A stretch of DNA of 19,307 bases from Fibrobacterota bacterium (GTDB taxonomy: Bacteria; Fibrobacterota; Fibrobacteria; UBA11236), in NCBI GenBank assembly GCA_043753995.1, contig JAYUVP010000191.1:1-19307 (forward strand), written 5' to 3'. The position numbers were made by a program, and so were the translations under genes. The notes under the pieces are model-generated. The model was not told the origin of the DNA and searched no databases. It was given only the letters and a program-made list of their open reading frames with translations. Shown here piece after piece: positions 17,140 to 19,307 of the stretch (the first letter of the stretch is position 1; every line of letters starts with the position of its first letter).

Positions 17140-17633
17140 TAGTCCAAATTTCACCTTATTTTGCCCAGTTTCGTCTAAAAAGAGGAGGCGAACCTAGACC
17201 CCGAACCTATTCAAGACAGAGAGTAAACCGGCTTACCCAATAGGAGAAGAAACCTGATTTTCCGCTTTTTTTGGATTTTTCCACTCCTCCTTATTCGCTT
17301 AGCAGAAACCCGATAAATCCCTTTGCCTTTCCACGGGTGATTGCGTGAATTATGCCGCAGGTGGCGCTGAGTTGGTATCTCCTCCAGCGGATTCCCACGG
17401 ATTAAGGCCTTGGTAATTGCCCGCAGTGACTCAGGCAGAACCTTCGCGATTTATCGAGTTAACTCAGACTCCATCCAACCGAAACCGAAACACTATATCC
17501 TGGAAATTCCTTCGGATTCCCGTCTAGGCCGCGAAATTCTAACCGAGAAAGGCGTCACAAAGCCCATCCTATTCCATGTTTGGCGACAAGCCAAAGGAGC
17601 CCCCCTGCTGTCTACCCTACCCCCTTGGACGCC

Positions 17634-18794
17634 CTATTTCGGCGCCCACCAATTCCCGGAAATGAGTAGCATGGATAGCAGCTCCAAAGCCTCGCCATAA
17701 TAACTGGCTGGTTTACCGAGCATATCCCATCCGCGTGCCAGAAAATCGCCCGCCTCCGGGTCGGCAATGGACCCGGCAAGAAAAGGCGCCAAGAAAGCCA
17801 TTCTCAGCTCTTGTGAAAGCGGCTGACCATCCAAGCTATAACCGGCTTTAATGGCGGCAGGATCATTGTTGGTCGCCCTACGCAGCCAGGCTGAAATTTT
17901 CTGCACTGCGGCAAGGGCTTGAGGCGAACCATAATGCGCGTAGTCGGCCACCAACCTCAGGGGAACACGGCAGGCATTCCAGGAATAGGCATGGTCATGC
18001 GCTCTTTCCAAAAAATTCGCCGGTGCCGGACAGGGTGGATCTCCCACCACGAAATCTGGCATCAAACCGGTTTCAGGCGCATGGCTGCGCGTTAGCGATT
18101 CAATTAAATCAAAAGTGGTGGCCCGGACCTTTAGCCAGGTTTCATCGGCTGTCGCGTCATAATAGGCCTGAAAATGGCCAGTCATCCAATCGGAAGAACG
18201 GGTATTCAAACCATTCTTATCCCAATCACCTAATAAAGTCCGATAAGTCGGCCCCAGGTTAGCGGCCTTAATCCCCAAGGTGATGATTCTTTTCGCCTCC
18301 GCCAAATAATTCACTTTGCCGGCCGAACCCCATTGCGCATGCGCCAGCAAGAGAGAATAAGCCACGTCCATATCGCCATCGGTCGCGGAATCATTCGCGA
18401 GTGGGCCTTCATCTTCCGGGACTAGCCAAGTCATCAAATGCGGATTGCTTCGGCTAGGATGGTGACGGAAAAAATTGAAAAATCCGTCGAATAAATCGCG
18501 AGCCTCCGCATCCCAGCCTGCCATGAGGGCGATGATGATCATGCCGTATCCATGGGCCTCGGATATGGTTTTGTAATTGCCCCCCTCATAATTGTCGGGT
18601 CTATCGAGATAATAGCCGCCTCCCGGCGTTCCGCCATTGGAGGCCTTAAAATATTTGGCGCGGTAATAGGCATAAAAGGACGTGATTTCGGCATTCAATG
18701 CGGCTTGGTCACGTCCGGCTGGTTTGATGCAACCAGGAAAAGTCAAGCTTTGGGGAAAGGGTTTGGCTGGAGCGGATCTGGCTTCGGTTGTCAT
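17634..18794 (-). CDS. GH8 family glycoside hydrolase (chitosanase/lichenase/endoglucanase-like)
   Basis: TISEAHGYGM (catalytic acid Glu), DSATDGDMDVAYSLLLAHAQWG, TRSSDW, TGLMPDF and WNACRVP. ATG 18794 is preferred over the non-ATG start at 18878. Confidence 0.92.
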   Translation of the reverse strand: MTTEARSAPAKPFPQSLTFPGCIKPAGRDQAALNAEITSFYAYYRAKYFKASNGGTPGGGYYLDRPDNYEGGNYKTISEAHGYGMIIIALMAGWDAEARDLFDGFFNFFRHHPSRSNPHLMTWLVPEDEGPLANDSATDGDMDVAYSLLLAHAQWGSAGKVNYLAEAKRIITLGIKAANLGPTYRTLLGDWDKNGLNTRSSDWMTGHFQAYYDATADETWLKVRATTFDLIESLTRSHAPETGLMPDFVVGDPPCPAPANFLERAHDHAYSWNACRVPLRLVADYAHYGSPQALAAVQKISAWLRRATNNDPAAIKAGYSLDGQPLSQELRMAFLAPFLAGSIADPEAGDFLARGWDMLGKPASYYGEALELLSMLLISGNWWAPK

Positions 18795-18860
18795 AGAGGC
18801 ATAGGTAAATTCAAACCGGCTAAACTTCGATGCCAAGCCTCCCCTTTGGGAATACTTTGC

Positions 18861-19307
18861 ATGGGGTCGTAAGACCAAGGAGAAAAGTTCGCGCTCAGAT
18901 TCGCCCTAATGATGGCCTATGCCGCCCCCAGTCTAGCCCTGGAGGATTTCCCGGTCTATCTCGATGCTGGATGCGCAGTAGGCACTACCAGAGGGCTTGG
19001 AAATGGTTATGCCCAAGGTCCCTCCGACATGTTCTTCGGGAAGAAGGCCAATGGCGAGTAGTGGGACTTCGGGGTCAAATTCGCCGATGACCGCGCGTGG
19101 TCGGTCAAACCCTATGTCGATTTGCGCCTGTGGATCAAGAATAAGGGGACGAGCGCGAATTGGGCAAGAGCACAAAGGCCCAACAAGCGGGCCTGGCTTA
19201 TCGTTATCAATACGTGATGCCAGATATTAAAACGTATTACTCCCGCAGTGGCAAAGGCGATGTCTATGACTATTCCATGTTCTCAGACACCTTGGGTGTG
19301 AAGACTG
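18861..19307 (+). pseudogene. Probable decayed gene for a secreted protein, running off the window
   Basis: One frame from ATG 18861 reads MGS*DQGEKFALRFALMMAYAAPSLA-LEDFPVYLDAG...KKANGE*WDFGVKFADDRAWSVKPYVDLRLWIKNKG, with stops at 18870 and 19059. A second frame is open from 19145 to the window end (…AYRYQYVMPDIKTYYSRSGKGDVYDYSMFSDTLGVKT). Confidence 0.45.

Noticed and set aside
17380..17530. Cobalamin or SAM riboswitch upstream of sahR-metH (GGGAATCCG occurs twice on the minus strand)
   Set aside because: I could not find the B12-box or SAM-I core elements, and the palindromic operator already explains regulation. An Rfam scan would be decisive.
18933..19175. 80-aa minus-strand ORF
   Set aside because: Better explained as the antisense shadow of the + strand pseudogene.

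Overview
A 19.3-kb bacterial chromosomal window with no rRNA, tRNA, CRISPR or transposase that I can see. The lineage is probably Fibrobacterota or another FCB-group member. This is an inference from three secreted proteins ending in short basic D-x-x-G-R tails, plus a PEP-CTERM protein. In order: 3' part of a GH39 glycosidase; soluble chemoreceptor with inverted domain order; Asp-box beta-propeller protein; CPA2-type cation/H+ antiporter; apparently truncated ThuA-like gene colliding with an ArsR regulator; membrane class III adenylate cyclase; second Asp-box protein; small membrane protein; PEP-CTERM gene with a sigma54-type promoter; two small secreted proteins (one with two HxCKGxNxCKGxGGC repeats, one Ala/Pro/Lys-rich); metH; SahR-like ArsR-methyltransferase with a 30-bp palindromic operator; GH8 lacking a signal peptide; and a probable decayed gene at the right edge. 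The best candidate for a new system is the cyclase, whose ~6-TM N-terminus matches the CqsS/LqsS alpha-hydroxyketone quorum-sensing sensor domain motif by motif (compared from memory, unverified). The second candidate is an orphan bufferin-like Cys-motif precursor paired with a Cys-free twin.
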